Origin: an uncultured virus (IMG/VR IMGVR_UViG_3300037963_002079)
Lineage: Duplodnaviria; Heunggongvirae; Uroviricota; Caudoviricetes
IMG/VR virus record: IMGVR_UViG_3300037963_002079
Length of the DNA stretch: 64,000 nt
Strand: one strand, 5' to 3'
This document shows positions 29,301 through 39,900 of this stretch, piece after piece. Each line of letters starts with the position of its first letter. Within the stretch, counting starts at the first letter, position 1. Under the pieces are notes generated by a model. The model worked only from the letters and a program-made list of their open reading frames with translations. It did not search any database and was not told the origin of the DNA. The position numbers and the translations under genes were made by a program.

Positions 29301-32300
29301 ATCGTTTCTTGTGTAGCTTTCCTGAATAATTCATGTCCTTCGTATAGTTCACTATTTTTTCTTATATCAGATTTGAATTTTTCAACTAATTCTGTTAAGT
29401 TTTCTATTTGATATTCACCATTTTTATTACGTATAATATCAAAAGGTAAAACTCTATCACCTTTTATATATGTATCATTTTTTGCTGGATTATTATACAA
29501 TCTAGACAAAATCATTTGTCTTGTATTTTTATCTATAGCTGCTATAGATTTAACATAATACCTTCTACTTTTGTCTGAAAACGTACCAATACTTTGGTCG
29601 TAAAATACTATGTCACCTTTTTCTGCATTTTTAATAGCTGTTAAAAAACTAAAGAAATCCATTGATTGTATTTCAGCTGGATTAATATTAGTCATATTTC
29701 TTGCTCCTTCATCCCATCTTTCTATTAGTTCTTGTCCTGGATAGTATCTATACATACCTGTTTGTATACTAATATCAAATGGATTGTCTAATATCTCTCC
29801 ATTTTGTTTGTTCAACAATATATTCATTTCAAATTTATCTTGTATTATTTGCGCGAATATATTGTTCTTTGGATTAAATATACTTTTCTTTCTCTTATCT
29901 ACATTTATTATTTTTTCTACACTGTCGTAAGCTTGATTGTGTAACGCATTGTTATTGTTAAATATACTCATTGCGTCACCTGTAACATTGTCTACCACTG
30001 ATAAGTAGTTATAAGGCCTAGAAACTATCATTAATTCTTCTAACACAGTTTTATATGATGATAAATTATTGTTATAATATTCGAAAGCTTTTCTATCACC
30101 TACCTTATATGACCATCTTTTAGATTTGTTATTGTACAACATCCATTCTTTGTTAGTAAGCTTAGGACCATATTGTGTACTTTTAGTATCAAAAAATACA
30201 TCCATCAAATACATAGGTTTGTTATTATAAACTATTAACTCATTCATCATCGCTTCTGTATCAAGTCTTTCATAACCATCAGTATCTTTAAATAGTATTT
30301 CTAATATAGCTACTGTACCTTCGGCTTTTGCTTTATCACTAAAATTATTTTGACTAACTGTATTATAGACATTTTCTAATGCAATCCTTTTTTGTTCTTT
30401 TTTAGTTTCTGATAAATTTTTCCAAGAATCCAACATTCTCTTTACTACAGTTTTTTCTGTAGTTCTACTCATTAATGGTTTGTTTATCCATTTGTAATCA
30501 GTTTCGTTTTGTATTAACAACATATTACCTGTTAGTCTTTCAATTACCATACTTCTAAATATGTTATTGATTTGTAATAGTTTTGCGTCTGTTAAATTTT
30601 GATTTTTAAATACTTTGTTATCTAATATATCTAACATCTGTTGTATTTCCGTAAACTTACTGTTTCTTATCGCAGAAATAAATTCGTATGGGTTTTTTCT
30701 AGTATTTCTAGAAATAGTACGCAATTGATACATTAATTTTTTTCTTTCGAATGGTGACTCTGACTTAACATTATATATTTCTGCAATGCCCTTAAAAAAA
30801 TTAGTCATTGTCTTAGGCATGTTTATCTGTTTCTTTTCTTCATTATACTTATCTACATCACTTGGGTCGTCTTCATTTAACGACTCTTCTTCATATTTTT
30901 CTTTTGCCTGTTGTTCTTGTACACTACCTTCTTTAAAACCTTTTTCTCGTATAATAGCGTCTATTAATAAATCATTACTTGTAAGTAATAATTGTTTGTA
31001 TTCAGGTTTTGTTGTATACAACACTGATTCAATATAACTAGTTACTTCTTTTTTTAATTTTTTATCTAAACTTTTTAAATTTACTAAACCAGATTTTTCT
31101 ATACGTTTTATTACATTGTCAATAATTTCTTGGTCTGTTAAATCTTTTCCTAATTCATAGTTTATATAAGTATGTATTAGACCAAATTCAGTTGCTTTAG
31201 TTATGTTTTTTTTCTTTGCTCTATTTATTCCTGCATATCCAGAATTTCTTATACCACCTTTCTTCCCAAACTTTAACAATATGTGTTTCATAGCCGCGTC
31301 TAAACTTAGTGTTGGTACCACATCATCCACTAAATCTAAAAATTGTCTTGCTTCTTCGTCTGTAGTAAGTTGTTTTGCTTCTTTATAATACTTAATTAAC
31401 TCTTCTTCTATTTTCTTTTGTGTAGAACTATCTTTAATAATAGCGTCTAATCTACCAAAAGAGTTAGCTTCTAATGTTCTTACAAAAGACTCTTCTAATA
31501 AATGTGTTTGTTCTAAGTCTGTTAATCGTTTAGCTATTGCTCCACCCCTACGTTTTGTAGTTAATTGTGTTAATAAAGATATGTAAAAGTTATTTGTTTT
31601 GGTGTCGTCTACACCTTCCACTTCTGTTATACTTTTAATAATACTTTTTATATCACCATCTAAATCATTTCTTTGATTTAACACACCTTTTTGTATTTCT
31701 ACATACTGTCCTAGAGTCATAACAGTCCCTCCGACATCTATAAGTGTTAGTTCTGGATATTCTATAGTAGTAAGGTCGTATATATCTGTTCCTATTAAAA
31801 GTTCGTTAATTCTTTTAATAAGTGGTGTACCCGCAAACATACGGTAATATATATGTCCGCCTTCGTGTATTATATCTGTCCCTACGGTACCACCCTCTTG
31901 TATGAAAATACTATTACCTATAGCTAAAGATACCGCTTCATTACCAAAACTATCTAATAGTTCTGAACTAACTATATAGGCTCTGTCAGCTGGTATTTGA
32001 TTTCTTTCTAATATTTTATTAAGTAAAACATATTCTGCTAATCCTGAATTTGTATATACTTCAAAATTTCTTCTAGGTACAGTTCCATCATATTTTTTAA
32101 ATAAATTATCATCTTTTGATTTATCTTTAGATGGTGTTACTTTAGATTTTATTTTATCAAAATATTTTTTTATAACATCTTTAGTTTTTTTAACCTGTCT
32201 TTCTGACTTCGTTTTCTTTGCTCTTGTTATTTGTTCGTCTTTAATATCATAATCTCTATATTCAATTGTACCAATAGTCTGTCCATCTATACTAGCTTCC

Positions 32301-34906
32301 ATTTTATATTGATACAAGTCATTATTATATTGAAAAAACAACTGTCCATCAATCTTAACAACATTAGCTTCACCATCTTGTGGTAAAATGATTTTTATTT
32401 TTACATCTGTAGATTTATCTTTGATATATTTAGATAAAAAGTTTTCTATTGATTGATTACCAACCTTACCAGTTCTATTAAAAAACTTTATAGTTTTTCC
32501 TTTACTGTCTGTTATTGTGTAACTCGTACCACCTGGTGTAGGTATTATACTAGAAGCTTTAACAATTAACTCACCTCCTTTGTCAACTATAGCTTTAGCT
32601 AACTTTTTTACTTTATCTTTTATTGGTATTTTTCGTCTAACTTTTTCAGACTTAGGTGGTTCAGGTAGTTCAATTACCGCTTTTTTTTTAGCTTCTTGTT
32701 GCGGTGTTATGTCTGTATCTGTAGTTTTTGATTCTGTAGGTTTTATTTCTGGTTCTCTAAAATCTTTAATTTTTTGAGATACTATATCTCTACCTTTTTT
32801 AAATCTATCTTTAATACTTTCTACAACATTTCTAAAAGTACCCTGTTCTTTTTTTCTTTTATTATATTCTTTATATTGTTCAACAGACATGCCCATTTCT
32901 TGCGCTTGTGATGCTGTTAATCTTTCTTGACCCTGTGTTGTAAACTGTTCAAACTCATCAGCTGTCATTCTTTTTTTGTACCTCTTATCTACCTTACCAT
33001 CTTTAGTCATTACCTCTTCTTTTAGGTAATAAAAACTTTCTATTCTATTTTCTAATTCTTTCTTTTCTTGGTCTAATATATTTATTACAGCATTCTCTTC
33101 CATTGTTATTTCGTCAAGAAGTTCTTTTTGTTTTGCTGGGTCTTTTACATTTTGTTTTACTCTTTTTCTTTCTTCGTTGAATATATTTTTTGTGTCTTGT
33201 CTTTGTTGTTTATTTCTTTCTAATCTGACTTCAGTATAAAATGCCTGTTCTTGTCCTGACTCTGTAAGTGTGGTACTTAATGAATGTTTATCATAAGTAG
33301 TAACCATTTGGTCTATAGTGTTGTTCAAAGCCTCTCCCGCTTCTGGTGTAATCTTTCCCTCTTCTACTTGTTTACTAATTACTTGTTTTAACGGTGTACC
33401 ATCTCCATTATAGTTATATATGTGTTCAGCAATAACTTCGTCTGCAAATTGTTGAAACATCATTTGCGCTTCGTCACTATACTTACCCTCTTCTTGTAAG
33501 TTTATCCCTAATGCCGTTTTTTCTAATCTTTCTTGAATAGTTGATTGTCTTTCTGCTGCTCCATCGACATATCCCCTAACACTACCCATAGCTCCACCTA
33601 AACCAACAGAAGTCCAAAATACATCCCTCGCTTCTTTTGTAAATTTACCATCCGCAGTTTTTAACCAATTAGTATAAGATTGATAATCCTTACCTTGTTG
33701 TTTATGAATAGCTTTGTATTTAATCCACTCTTGGTATGTTTCTTGTACACCCTCTGAAAAACCTTCGATACCAGCATACGTTCCTACCGTTGGTAAATTT
33801 ATTAGTCCTCTTTGAACTAAAGGATTAATTAAACCTTTAACACTAAAACCAAACCTTTTTGGGTCGGGTGTAAGATTTGCTAATCTACTTAATCTAAATG
33901 TCTTCCCTAAACCACCAAACAATAAACCATATTGAGCCATATCTACCCACATGTATTGTGCGTTATCATACACTACATCACTAGCAGCGGCAGAAGCTTG
34001 TTCCATAGTTAAACCGTCTTTCATTCCCTGATTGTAAGCTTCTCCACCTAAATATACTCCTTCCATCATGTTAGCCGCAAAACCCCCTCCAACAGCTTGT
34101 GATAAACTTTTTACACCTCTTGTTAATTCTAATGCTTGTTTACCTTTTATTCCTTTATCTACTAAAGATACCCCAGCTAAACCACTACCACCTATTCTGT
34201 TTTTTCCAAATAGATATTTTGCTTTTTTGGACTTTGACGCAGTCCCTATTACTCTACTAGCGTTTCCTATAATACCTCGTTTAGCCGCTCCAATTAATAA
34301 TTTACTTGTAAATCTTGTAGCTAATGCAGCTCCTCCAGCATATGGTATTAGAAAAGACGCTGCATATGGAACTAATCTTGCTACTTTTGATGACCAAAAT
34401 TCTGCTTTAAACATATCGTCCCAAGTTAAATCTTGTAGGTCTTCTGATATAACTAAAAAGTTTTCGTTTTGATATTTTTCTCCAACACCTCTCATCCAAT
34501 TTCCAACACTTGTTGATGGGTCTGGGTCATTAGGATTAAACCATGCGTTTAACACATCAATTGTATCTCCAGTACCAGCAACTAAATCACCCCAACCAGC
34601 TTTTATAGACCTTGTCGTATCTTGCGCAAATGTTCCTATTACTGCATCTGGGTCTACACCAAACATTCCTGACTCTTGTCCTGGTTGTATAGGACTAGTA
34701 GACAATCCTTCAAACTGTTGTTGTTGCACATCAGTAACAGCTTGTGACCTCATATAAGCGTCCATCTGTCTATTTTGTTGTGGAGCAGGATTTAATAATC
34801 CTTCTGCAAGTTGTGATGCATTTTGATAATTATTATCATATTCTACTATATCTATACCTGGTACAGATACATTTTCATCTTGTGCCAATGGTGTTTTTTC
34901 TGCCAT
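23363..34906 (-). CDS. giant virion RNA polymerase / polyvalent ejected protein (3847 aa)
   Basis: RIP...GADLDGD two-barrel catalytic motif (27887-27901); HEGGH zincin (31853-31867); ASCH-like segment; crAss-type gene context. Confidence 0.85.
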   Translation of the reverse strand: MAEKTPLAQDENVSVPGIDIVEYDNNYQNASQLAEGLLNPAPQQNRQMDAYMRSQAVTDVQQQQFEGLSTSPIQPGQESGMFGVDPDAVIGTFAQDTTRSIKAGWGDLVAGTGDTIDVLNAWFNPNDPDPSTSVGNWMRGVGEKYQNENFLVISEDLQDLTWDDMFKAEFWSSKVARLVPYAASFLIPYAGGAALATRFTSKLLIGAAKRGIIGNASRVIGTASKSKKAKYLFGKNRIGGSGLAGVSLVDKGIKGKQALELTRGVKSLSQAVGGGFAANMMEGVYLGGEAYNQGMKDGLTMEQASAAASDVVYDNAQYMWVDMAQYGLLFGGLGKTFRLSRLANLTPDPKRFGFSVKGLINPLVQRGLINLPTVGTYAGIEGFSEGVQETYQEWIKYKAIHKQQGKDYQSYTNWLKTADGKFTKEARDVFWTSVGLGGAMGSVRGYVDGAAERQSTIQERLEKTALGINLQEEGKYSDEAQMMFQQFADEVIAEHIYNYNGDGTPLKQVISKQVEEGKITPEAGEALNNTIDQMVTTYDKHSLSTTLTESGQEQAFYTEVRLERNKQQRQDTKNIFNEERKRVKQNVKDPAKQKELLDEITMEENAVINILDQEKKELENRIESFYYLKEEVMTKDGKVDKRYKKRMTADEFEQFTTQGQERLTASQAQEMGMSVEQYKEYNKRKKEQGTFRNVVESIKDRFKKGRDIVSQKIKDFREPEIKPTESKTTDTDITPQQEAKKKAVIELPEPPKSEKVRRKIPIKDKVKKLAKAIVDKGGELIVKASSIIPTPGGTSYTITDSKGKTIKFFNRTGKVGNQSIENFLSKYIKDKSTDVKIKIILPQDGEANVVKIDGQLFFQYNNDLYQYKMEASIDGQTIGTIEYRDYDIKDEQITRAKKTKSERQVKKTKDVIKKYFDKIKSKVTPSKDKSKDDNLFKKYDGTVPRRNFEVYTNSGLAEYVLLNKILERNQIPADRAYIVSSELLDSFGNEAVSLAIGNSIFIQEGGTVGTDIIHEGGHIYYRMFAGTPLIKRINELLIGTDIYDLTTIEYPELTLIDVGGTVMTLGQYVEIQKGVLNQRNDLDGDIKSIIKSITEVEGVDDTKTNNFYISLLTQLTTKRRGGAIAKRLTDLEQTHLLEESFVRTLEANSFGRLDAIIKDSSTQKKIEEELIKYYKEAKQLTTDEEARQFLDLVDDVVPTLSLDAAMKHILLKFGKKGGIRNSGYAGINRAKKKNITKATEFGLIHTYINYELGKDLTDQEIIDNVIKRIEKSGLVNLKSLDKKLKKEVTSYIESVLYTTKPEYKQLLLTSNDLLIDAIIREKGFKEGSVQEQQAKEKYEEESLNEDDPSDVDKYNEEKKQINMPKTMTNFFKGIAEIYNVKSESPFERKKLMYQLRTISRNTRKNPYEFISAIRNSKFTEIQQMLDILDNKVFKNQNLTDAKLLQINNIFRSMVIERLTGNMLLIQNETDYKWINKPLMSRTTEKTVVKRMLDSWKNLSETKKEQKRIALENVYNTVSQNNFSDKAKAEGTVAILEILFKDTDGYERLDTEAMMNELIVYNNKPMYLMDVFFDTKSTQYGPKLTNKEWMLYNNKSKRWSYKVGDRKAFEYYNNNLSSYKTVLEELMIVSRPYNYLSVVDNVTGDAMSIFNNNNALHNQAYDSVEKIINVDKRKKSIFNPKNNIFAQIIQDKFEMNILLNKQNGEILDNPFDISIQTGMYRYYPGQELIERWDEGARNMTNINPAEIQSMDFFSFLTAIKNAEKGDIVFYDQSIGTFSDKSRRYYVKSIAAIDKNTRQMILSRLYNNPAKNDTYIKGDRVLPFDIIRNKNGEYQIENLTELVEKFKSDIRKNSELYEGHELFRKATQETIENYLISYIGNRFMAQQLLAYDHKQAKNEVDYVKRLAGTIASHMTYDHNTSFEPIIVKDYYVDDNGNLYTEDEIPEGVDVSIENDAAGYILPEQAKIITDKYAGVRDVGGVYKFVYNYRQEDGSTVYLKFAVQVLTPEMEQTSEVHRNIATLLRERNMSIADATIPNLEFIDMFAHGNLVIAASESSAKLWFDGVSGKKGGQYVYDVRNLDDTNLQNILSKQDEIFMEGDINDANRVFVGLDGKGLGIQLELDKQTDERYYPSQLFYHLNNNMYSPANVEILNRMLQLRKNVMEKSNQERNFDEGMISELGATTEQIFKEMESFKSSVDPGIYGQLLSSLFGDIDGRYPAMNDIYNAIARGRVQKKGTKMYTKGSIAYQSSSLGMGLESFVTRNIDGRDVVVSEAFVPGYLQQQGVKVGDLFLGTRIPSHGKVSTSVFVVKGFHQQLEGTPTSKITIPAKVSKYWGADLDGDSIHMNFKYNENEIKSADDWRNDSNEFFDLYVDLVSKQDVRKEITADIEFENEVNNILGEDRKRPESQLTPTGDSQTFKENVPTKKLVGIVAALQRTLNVFSNSGVELGFEIDIEGRKVDRFFDDVALEDGKGNWFGLAQILNIVLDNAKHQYAEGLGINFNSAAGFVMLRRLGYSLQQVKDIYTSDVAKSYFDWLDTTNGKKFTSSKNTIQQLIGKTKRPGKKSSDFIKFLGRNLTKEENKILTIIYNLQEFNKTIAQPIGQMFTVHQGIIKNPLELRATLRKIELIKNNRIKPSIKNYKENKLGNLFTNPILTHAQELMELVLTRASSTDIRYTPYMQSITEEVYTDANSKFFYYSDQQKNKIINHIIKEKLAEYIDVINSSRRLSSLVEDFKTMKEENPNNKFLQSLKVVTNSKGREIIVTNKQILNEFLTESEIQEIKKDFSQLTAEQKDTMINIEYRFFDFGFKEESIIPLFDNVEIQLLNKDIQKAINYMQEAIPTGVKGIDIIEQAESEIQQELKEIKNIEDRLIEESTKERESGDTFDGKMKLTTSEEQSIISGNKKTIAHGFSYNDTGGNIVKLITPGSTLVEISPAIKRNSLDEITDKDAFARSEGYDNFQDMKENGTKYHKDFIEGKKPIYIHKIVGKPSTATENRRAKKAFDRNVTESVEYMEETNLLSFDEWLQDKGITIKSLTKGSIIYKRLQQRYKQYVIDYNLSEDFIVEKLTDAKIKKMSMDDLFNAVKKLNKLDGSASNRAKHLVRKEIAQRAFREQSDFLQEQADIQSFKFVKPAKSDDITWFRKWLGSNNMTSRRPEIQYMINEIEKNYYNYLQRNRKYVAEINKVHNELIDSKLAGISTIEKIKGRLNMAQRYELLYGNITNRDKNGRIVLLSKEQMKSKRSSITQQEYNYWKMYQDINKRFSDIIKQEKTDFIKNIKMGDLEMFGREGLFGLYDMRMGKNMYVENVKLYFDVGGTQVLMPLSTIRTYLKSSGATAKERIKNVETLEKLKRKATRLKKQGKHEDGSDITLTDAEIDALIDDGDAIMRMANGYEGELSEADKALIQEIKRRQLTEFEHMSMDLNGALLEYVRGMLFKYGDVTRDRNGKPNNLDENPFVGMSNMSVLVDAVIEFNKENGNKNAAEYLTRVWKDSFLEKKKPRLNTVEKIIDFLVRLTSLNVLGFNPLVAVGNVLAGKYQEYRKRGGKTFKLGEKRYWKDWGYSQKLLEKYRIIEYSFSDFVHLDNKKGVFGKIERASYVFMDKTENYIQGAAFLSMLTEEEYISGEISQRRVAQINSRIATLHGEGYTALDGRLLGTYALGRAALQFKKWFVTLIGDRFQQHDIDRFGEVQIGSYTATGNYIKDLYRQFREGEITLEQMQDAYNKMSVEQQREMGAYIRGVALAGIVATLILVMDEEDETDGTVLRNLKKLNKDINVISDYNRHINYTFIPSSVGLIESIGKILDGMSEGNTEKWETELKYDVAPFGKTRRKLESSLESTSERESEIIR

Positions 34907-34907
34907 A

Positions 34908-36938
34908 TTATTTGCTTAATCTGAAATATTTATTCCAATCCCTGTTAACTGCTGTAAATTTACTAAAAGTTTTCTTATCCATGTTCTTTTTTAAGAAGTT
35001 TATAAACGCATCAGGTCCCTCTTGCATGGCTTTTCTCATTTGTTGATAATTACTTGTATTTAATAAATTAGGTAAATTGGTTGTCATTTGTCTGAAGTTT
35101 TCATTTACTTTATCTGTATCTCCTTCAGATATTCTTTCGGCTTCAGCTAACAAATAACTCATCATAATAGGTTGTAATTTTACAGATTCTTGTAAATCAA
35201 ATCCAGATATTACTAAACTACCACCTATAGATTGTGAATATGATTGAGCTACTTGGTCTAATACTTCATTATCTCCATTTGTATATACATCTGCAAGTTG
35301 TGTCGTTATTTGTAATCTTTTCTTATTTTTTATTTCTTGTAATTTAATTTTTTCTTCGTTACTTAAAGATTGATTTATTACTGCACTCAAACCTTCTGGG
35401 TTCGTATTTTTATTTAATTCTTGTCTAAACGCCACATTATCTAACTCTATAACATCATAATATGGGTCATCAGAACTTAAAGCATCTTCATCTATTAATT
35501 CATTTATCATTACAAACTCTACAGGTTTATCTCCATATTGTTCTCTTATTTTTTTAATATCTGAAGCATCACTATCCCTAGTTAACAATATAGACTCTTC
35601 TTTACCTGACTGATTGTTTATGAACTTAATTCTCATTCCTATAAATGTACCATTGTATTTAAAATCCATATTTTGTTGTTCATATCCAAATATAGTTTGT
35701 GTAAAATTCCAATTTGGATTTGCTATATCATCTTCTCCAATTCTGTTACCATTTTCAGCGTACAACCCGTTTACATTTAAATTTTGTATTGTACCATCTG
35801 GACTATATCTTTCGCCATATTGACTTTTTAATACACCTACTTGTAAAGCTCTGTCTGTAAGTATTTGTCCAGAGGTTATACCCTGATGACCCTGGTATAC
35901 CAAATTAGTACCACCTAATTTACTATGTGCTTGTTTACCAGAATTGTATCCTCCCATTCTTTCCCAATTGTCACTGTAAAATGTTCCTTCAAATGGTAAT
36001 TCAAATAATTGTTTTAGTGTAACACCCTCATCTTCTAAATCATATATATCTTCAACAGTTAATATAGCCTTACCTACATTATCACCAAGATGTTTTGGTA
36101 ACTTTTCTAAACTATTTTTAAACTCACTTGCGTAATCTGTGCTTATATCTTTTTGACCCACACCAACAACATTTTGATTAATTCCCATTTCTCTAACAAA
36201 CCATTGTTTTAAGTTGTGTCGGTTGTTCATAAAATGTTCTGCAGGCAAACCAGTTATTCTTGAAGCGTCGTGTATAACAGCGTTTATGTTTGCGTCAATC
36301 ATATCGTCAACTGTTATATCAGTGCCTCGGGTTGTAGCTTCCATAAGTGACTCAATATCATACTCATTTCTTTGTCCATTATATACAAAATCATCTATTT
36401 CACCTGCTTGCCACTTTTGATAATTTATTATATCGTCTTTAAACAGAAGGCCTCTATCTTCTGGACTCATATAGGTAGTTAAAAATTGTGTAAGATTATT
36501 TGTGTTTTGTTGTACTCTTTGTAATATAGGATTACCCTGCATTGGGTCTGAATCAGGGTTGTTAATTTTCATTTTATACAAATTAACATAATGGTCTAAG
36601 TTACCATATGTTCTTGCGGCAGTATAGTCACCATTATAATCTTTAATAATTTGTTTTATGTCATTCCACCCAGAGTATTCAGACGACCACTTTTTCATAT
36701 CGTCTATATCTTTTTGTCTACCAAATTTACTTCCAGTTATCTTTTGAACCAACTGTTCCGCCTGCATTATCTGCTGTTGCATTTGTTGTTGGTTTTGTAC
36801 ATTTTGTTGCTGTTGTTGTTGCAACATTTGTAATTGTTGTAACTGTCTATTTTCTTCTTGTTGTCTAATCGCTCTACGTTGTTGTGAGTTTTGGTACCCA
36901 CTAGTTAAAGCATTGTAGTATGAAAAATCTAATGCCAT
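34908..36938 (-). CDS. putative ejected virion cargo protein
   Basis: 676 aa, Gln-rich helical N-terminus, directly upstream of the RNAP gene. Confidence 0.6.
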   Translation of the reverse strand: MALDFSYYNALTSGYQNSQQRRAIRQQEENRQLQQLQMLQQQQQQNVQNQQQMQQQIMQAEQLVQKITGSKFGRQKDIDDMKKWSSEYSGWNDIKQIIKDYNGDYTAARTYGNLDHYVNLYKMKINNPDSDPMQGNPILQRVQQNTNNLTQFLTTYMSPEDRGLLFKDDIINYQKWQAGEIDDFVYNGQRNEYDIESLMEATTRGTDITVDDMIDANINAVIHDASRITGLPAEHFMNNRHNLKQWFVREMGINQNVVGVGQKDISTDYASEFKNSLEKLPKHLGDNVGKAILTVEDIYDLEDEGVTLKQLFELPFEGTFYSDNWERMGGYNSGKQAHSKLGGTNLVYQGHQGITSGQILTDRALQVGVLKSQYGERYSPDGTIQNLNVNGLYAENGNRIGEDDIANPNWNFTQTIFGYEQQNMDFKYNGTFIGMRIKFINNQSGKEESILLTRDSDASDIKKIREQYGDKPVEFVMINELIDEDALSSDDPYYDVIELDNVAFRQELNKNTNPEGLSAVINQSLSNEEKIKLQEIKNKKRLQITTQLADVYTNGDNEVLDQVAQSYSQSIGGSLVISGFDLQESVKLQPIMMSYLLAEAERISEGDTDKVNENFRQMTTNLPNLLNTSNYQQMRKAMQEGPDAFINFLKKNMDKKTFSKFTAVNRDWNKYFRLSK

Positions 36939-36939
36939 A

Positions 36940-39900
36940 TTATTCTGGATTTATTGTACTTGTAAGATACGGATTTGTTTTATCTGTATTAAACATATAG
37001 TTATACCTATTAAACATTTCGTTTTTTAAAGCTCTATTAATTTCATTATCAGCTAAATCACTTAATCTTGACATAGTATCTCCCAGTGCAATACCAGCAA
37101 ATTGTGAGGCTGCTTTTTTATTTGCTAACGCCAACTCAAGATTTTCACTTCTTAAACTTTCTTTTTGTTGTGCGTCAAATGTTTCTTTAAATTGTAATAA
37201 TTGATTATATCTATCTTGATTTGCAATCTGTTGTTGTGAATCTAACGCTGCAAACTCTAACAATGCCGAAGCTCTATTTCTATCTAAAATTCCTGACGTA
37301 GCTAAAAACTTTGCTCTGTCTCCAGCTGTACCTCTTACAGCATTGTCCAAACCTTGATTGTAAGCTTGTGATATATCCTTTCTTATTTTTCTTTCTTGTG
37401 ATGGGTGAAATCCTCTCTTAGTTAACTCTTTAGACTGTCTTAACTGTTCGTTAAACATAGGACTTAATTTAGCTTTCTCTTGTGGGTTTAAATCTTGCAT
37501 TGCTACACCTAAAGCTTTTTTACCCATTACAGCACTAACTAAAGCGTCTGGACCACCAAAAGCATCTAGAACACCTCTTGCTGCCGCCATAGTACCTTTT
37601 AAAACCTCTTGCCCTATATCTCCCAAAGTTCTTACATCTTCTCTAGTAACTACAGGTGGTATTTGTTGTTTATCTGTATCTGTTGTTGGCGGTCCCGTTA
37701 CAGTAGTTGTAACATCTGAAGGTGTTGTTAAAAATTCATCTCCTTCATATGTGATTCTGCCATCCTCATCTACTATCTGTGTTCTGTAAACAATAGGTTG
37801 ATTGTAAAATATTTCAAAATCTGTTTCTAAATTGGATTCATCATAGTTTTCATCTATAACCTTATTGTATATTTCTGTTTGTTCAGGCGATAATTGTATT
37901 TCTGGGTCTTTACCAGTTTCAATTATTAATGTTCTTCTATTATTTATAAATTGATTAACCTCTTCTAAACCTCCTGTATATTGTTTTGTTTGACCTCCAG
38001 GATGTCCTTTTGTATTCATATATACGTCAGCCCTTGTCAATACATCACGTATGTGATAACCAGTATCTAATTTTTCTAACTCTTCTATTTCCTCTGCAGT
38101 TATAGAGCCCGATTCTCTTTTTCTACGTAAATCATTAGCTCTTTGTCCTTCAGACCTATTTATCCAATCCGTTCTAATGTAAAAAGACTCCCCCGTGTTC
38201 CAGTCTATAACTTCTGTGTAATCATTTCTTAGACTAGAGTCTAATTCGTAATATTGTTCTGATGTAACTTTTCCAGAACCCGCCGTGTCTTCGTCTGCCG
38301 CTTTTAATATTTTATCATTACCTACTTTATTTTTGGTAATAAAATTTCTATCTTTTTTTAATTGTTTTAATTTATCTAAATCTTCATCCGAAGCTTGAAA
38401 AATATAATCTAGTATTTCTCTTTCCGAATCACCATATCTTTCTCCTTCAAATTCTGTTGTTTCTGTATCTCCAGTTGTTTCGACAGTTCCTGTTGTTTCA
38501 TTTTCAACAGTCTTTTGTTCGGTATCCCCAACTACTATATTGTCATAAATATCTGCAAAATCATTACCAAAAGTAGGAGACATAATAATATCATTAATGT
38601 CCATACCTTGATATTTTTCTTGTAAGTATGTATCCCCTCTTATTTTATCTTGTACTTGTTTTTTTACTGCTTCTTCATCCAATGAAGCGTTTTCTAATTC
38701 TGCTTGTATAAATTGTTTGTCTTCTTCAGTTAATTGGTCTTCACTAGTATAACCCTTATCATTCATATAGTCATTCTTGACTACTTCTTCGATTGATATT
38801 ACTGTTTCTTCTGTTTCTTCTGTTTCTTTTGTTTCCTGTTTCTCATCTTCTTCAACAGTTACTACTTTATTATTTTCTAACCTTTTGTTACTACCTGCTT
38901 CTTCAGCTATTTTATTTAATTCATTGGTTAAAAATTCGTTGTCACTATCGTCTTCAGCTATAATATTACGATTTTCATCAGTGTCAGATGGTGTTACAGT
39001 AGTTGTTTCTCTTTTAACTCTTTCTTCCCTTTCTTTTCGTTCTGCTTCTTGTTTGTTATATTCTTCTAAAGCTTCATTATATGTCTTACCTTTTGTAAGG
39101 GGATTAAACCTACCTTCACTTTTTTTGTTTGGGTCAAGTGGATAATCTGTTCTATTTGGTTTAGATATTGGTTCAGGAAATTCTTCTTCTGGTTCTATTA
39201 TTTCTTCAACATCTTCATTTTCTCTCGATTTTCCTCTATTTTCAAATTCTTTTATCGCGTCACCTGGGTCTTCAGGTGTTGGTACTGGTAATTCATCAAA
39301 TTCTAGGTCGTCAATTACAGTAGGGAACTGTCTTTGGTCATCGAATGTACGACTTTCTCTATCGTACTCATGAACTGAATCATCGAAACCTTTTTTATAT
39401 AAAACACCATCAATTATAAACAAAGAATTATAAGGTAATTTTCCGTCTTTAAAATCTTGTTTTAATTGGTCACTATCTCTTTGATAATTGACTACATTCT
39501 GTACTTCTTCTTTTGTTATTGGGTTTTCTTCAAAATCTCTATTATTTTCTACAACAATTGTTATTTGATTATTTGTTGTTTCAGGTGTAGTAGTTTCAGG
39601 TGTAGTAGTTTCATCTGTAGGTTGTTGTGTTGTTGTTTGTATTTTTTGTGTATAAACATCTAAACTACCATCATATGTAACTTGATTTCTTACATAATCC
39701 CTCGCTTTGTTTGCGTCTTCTTCATTTTCAAAATAAATAACATCTTGATTTAACTTACCATTTTTGTCTTTTCTTGTTTCTACCTTATACCCTTTTGATT
39801 CTAAATCTGATATTATACTTGGTAACAAATTACTACCTCGTTCGTCAGTATAAGTGTCTAAAACAAGTTCATGCGTGTTGGTTGGTGTACTTTCAAATGT

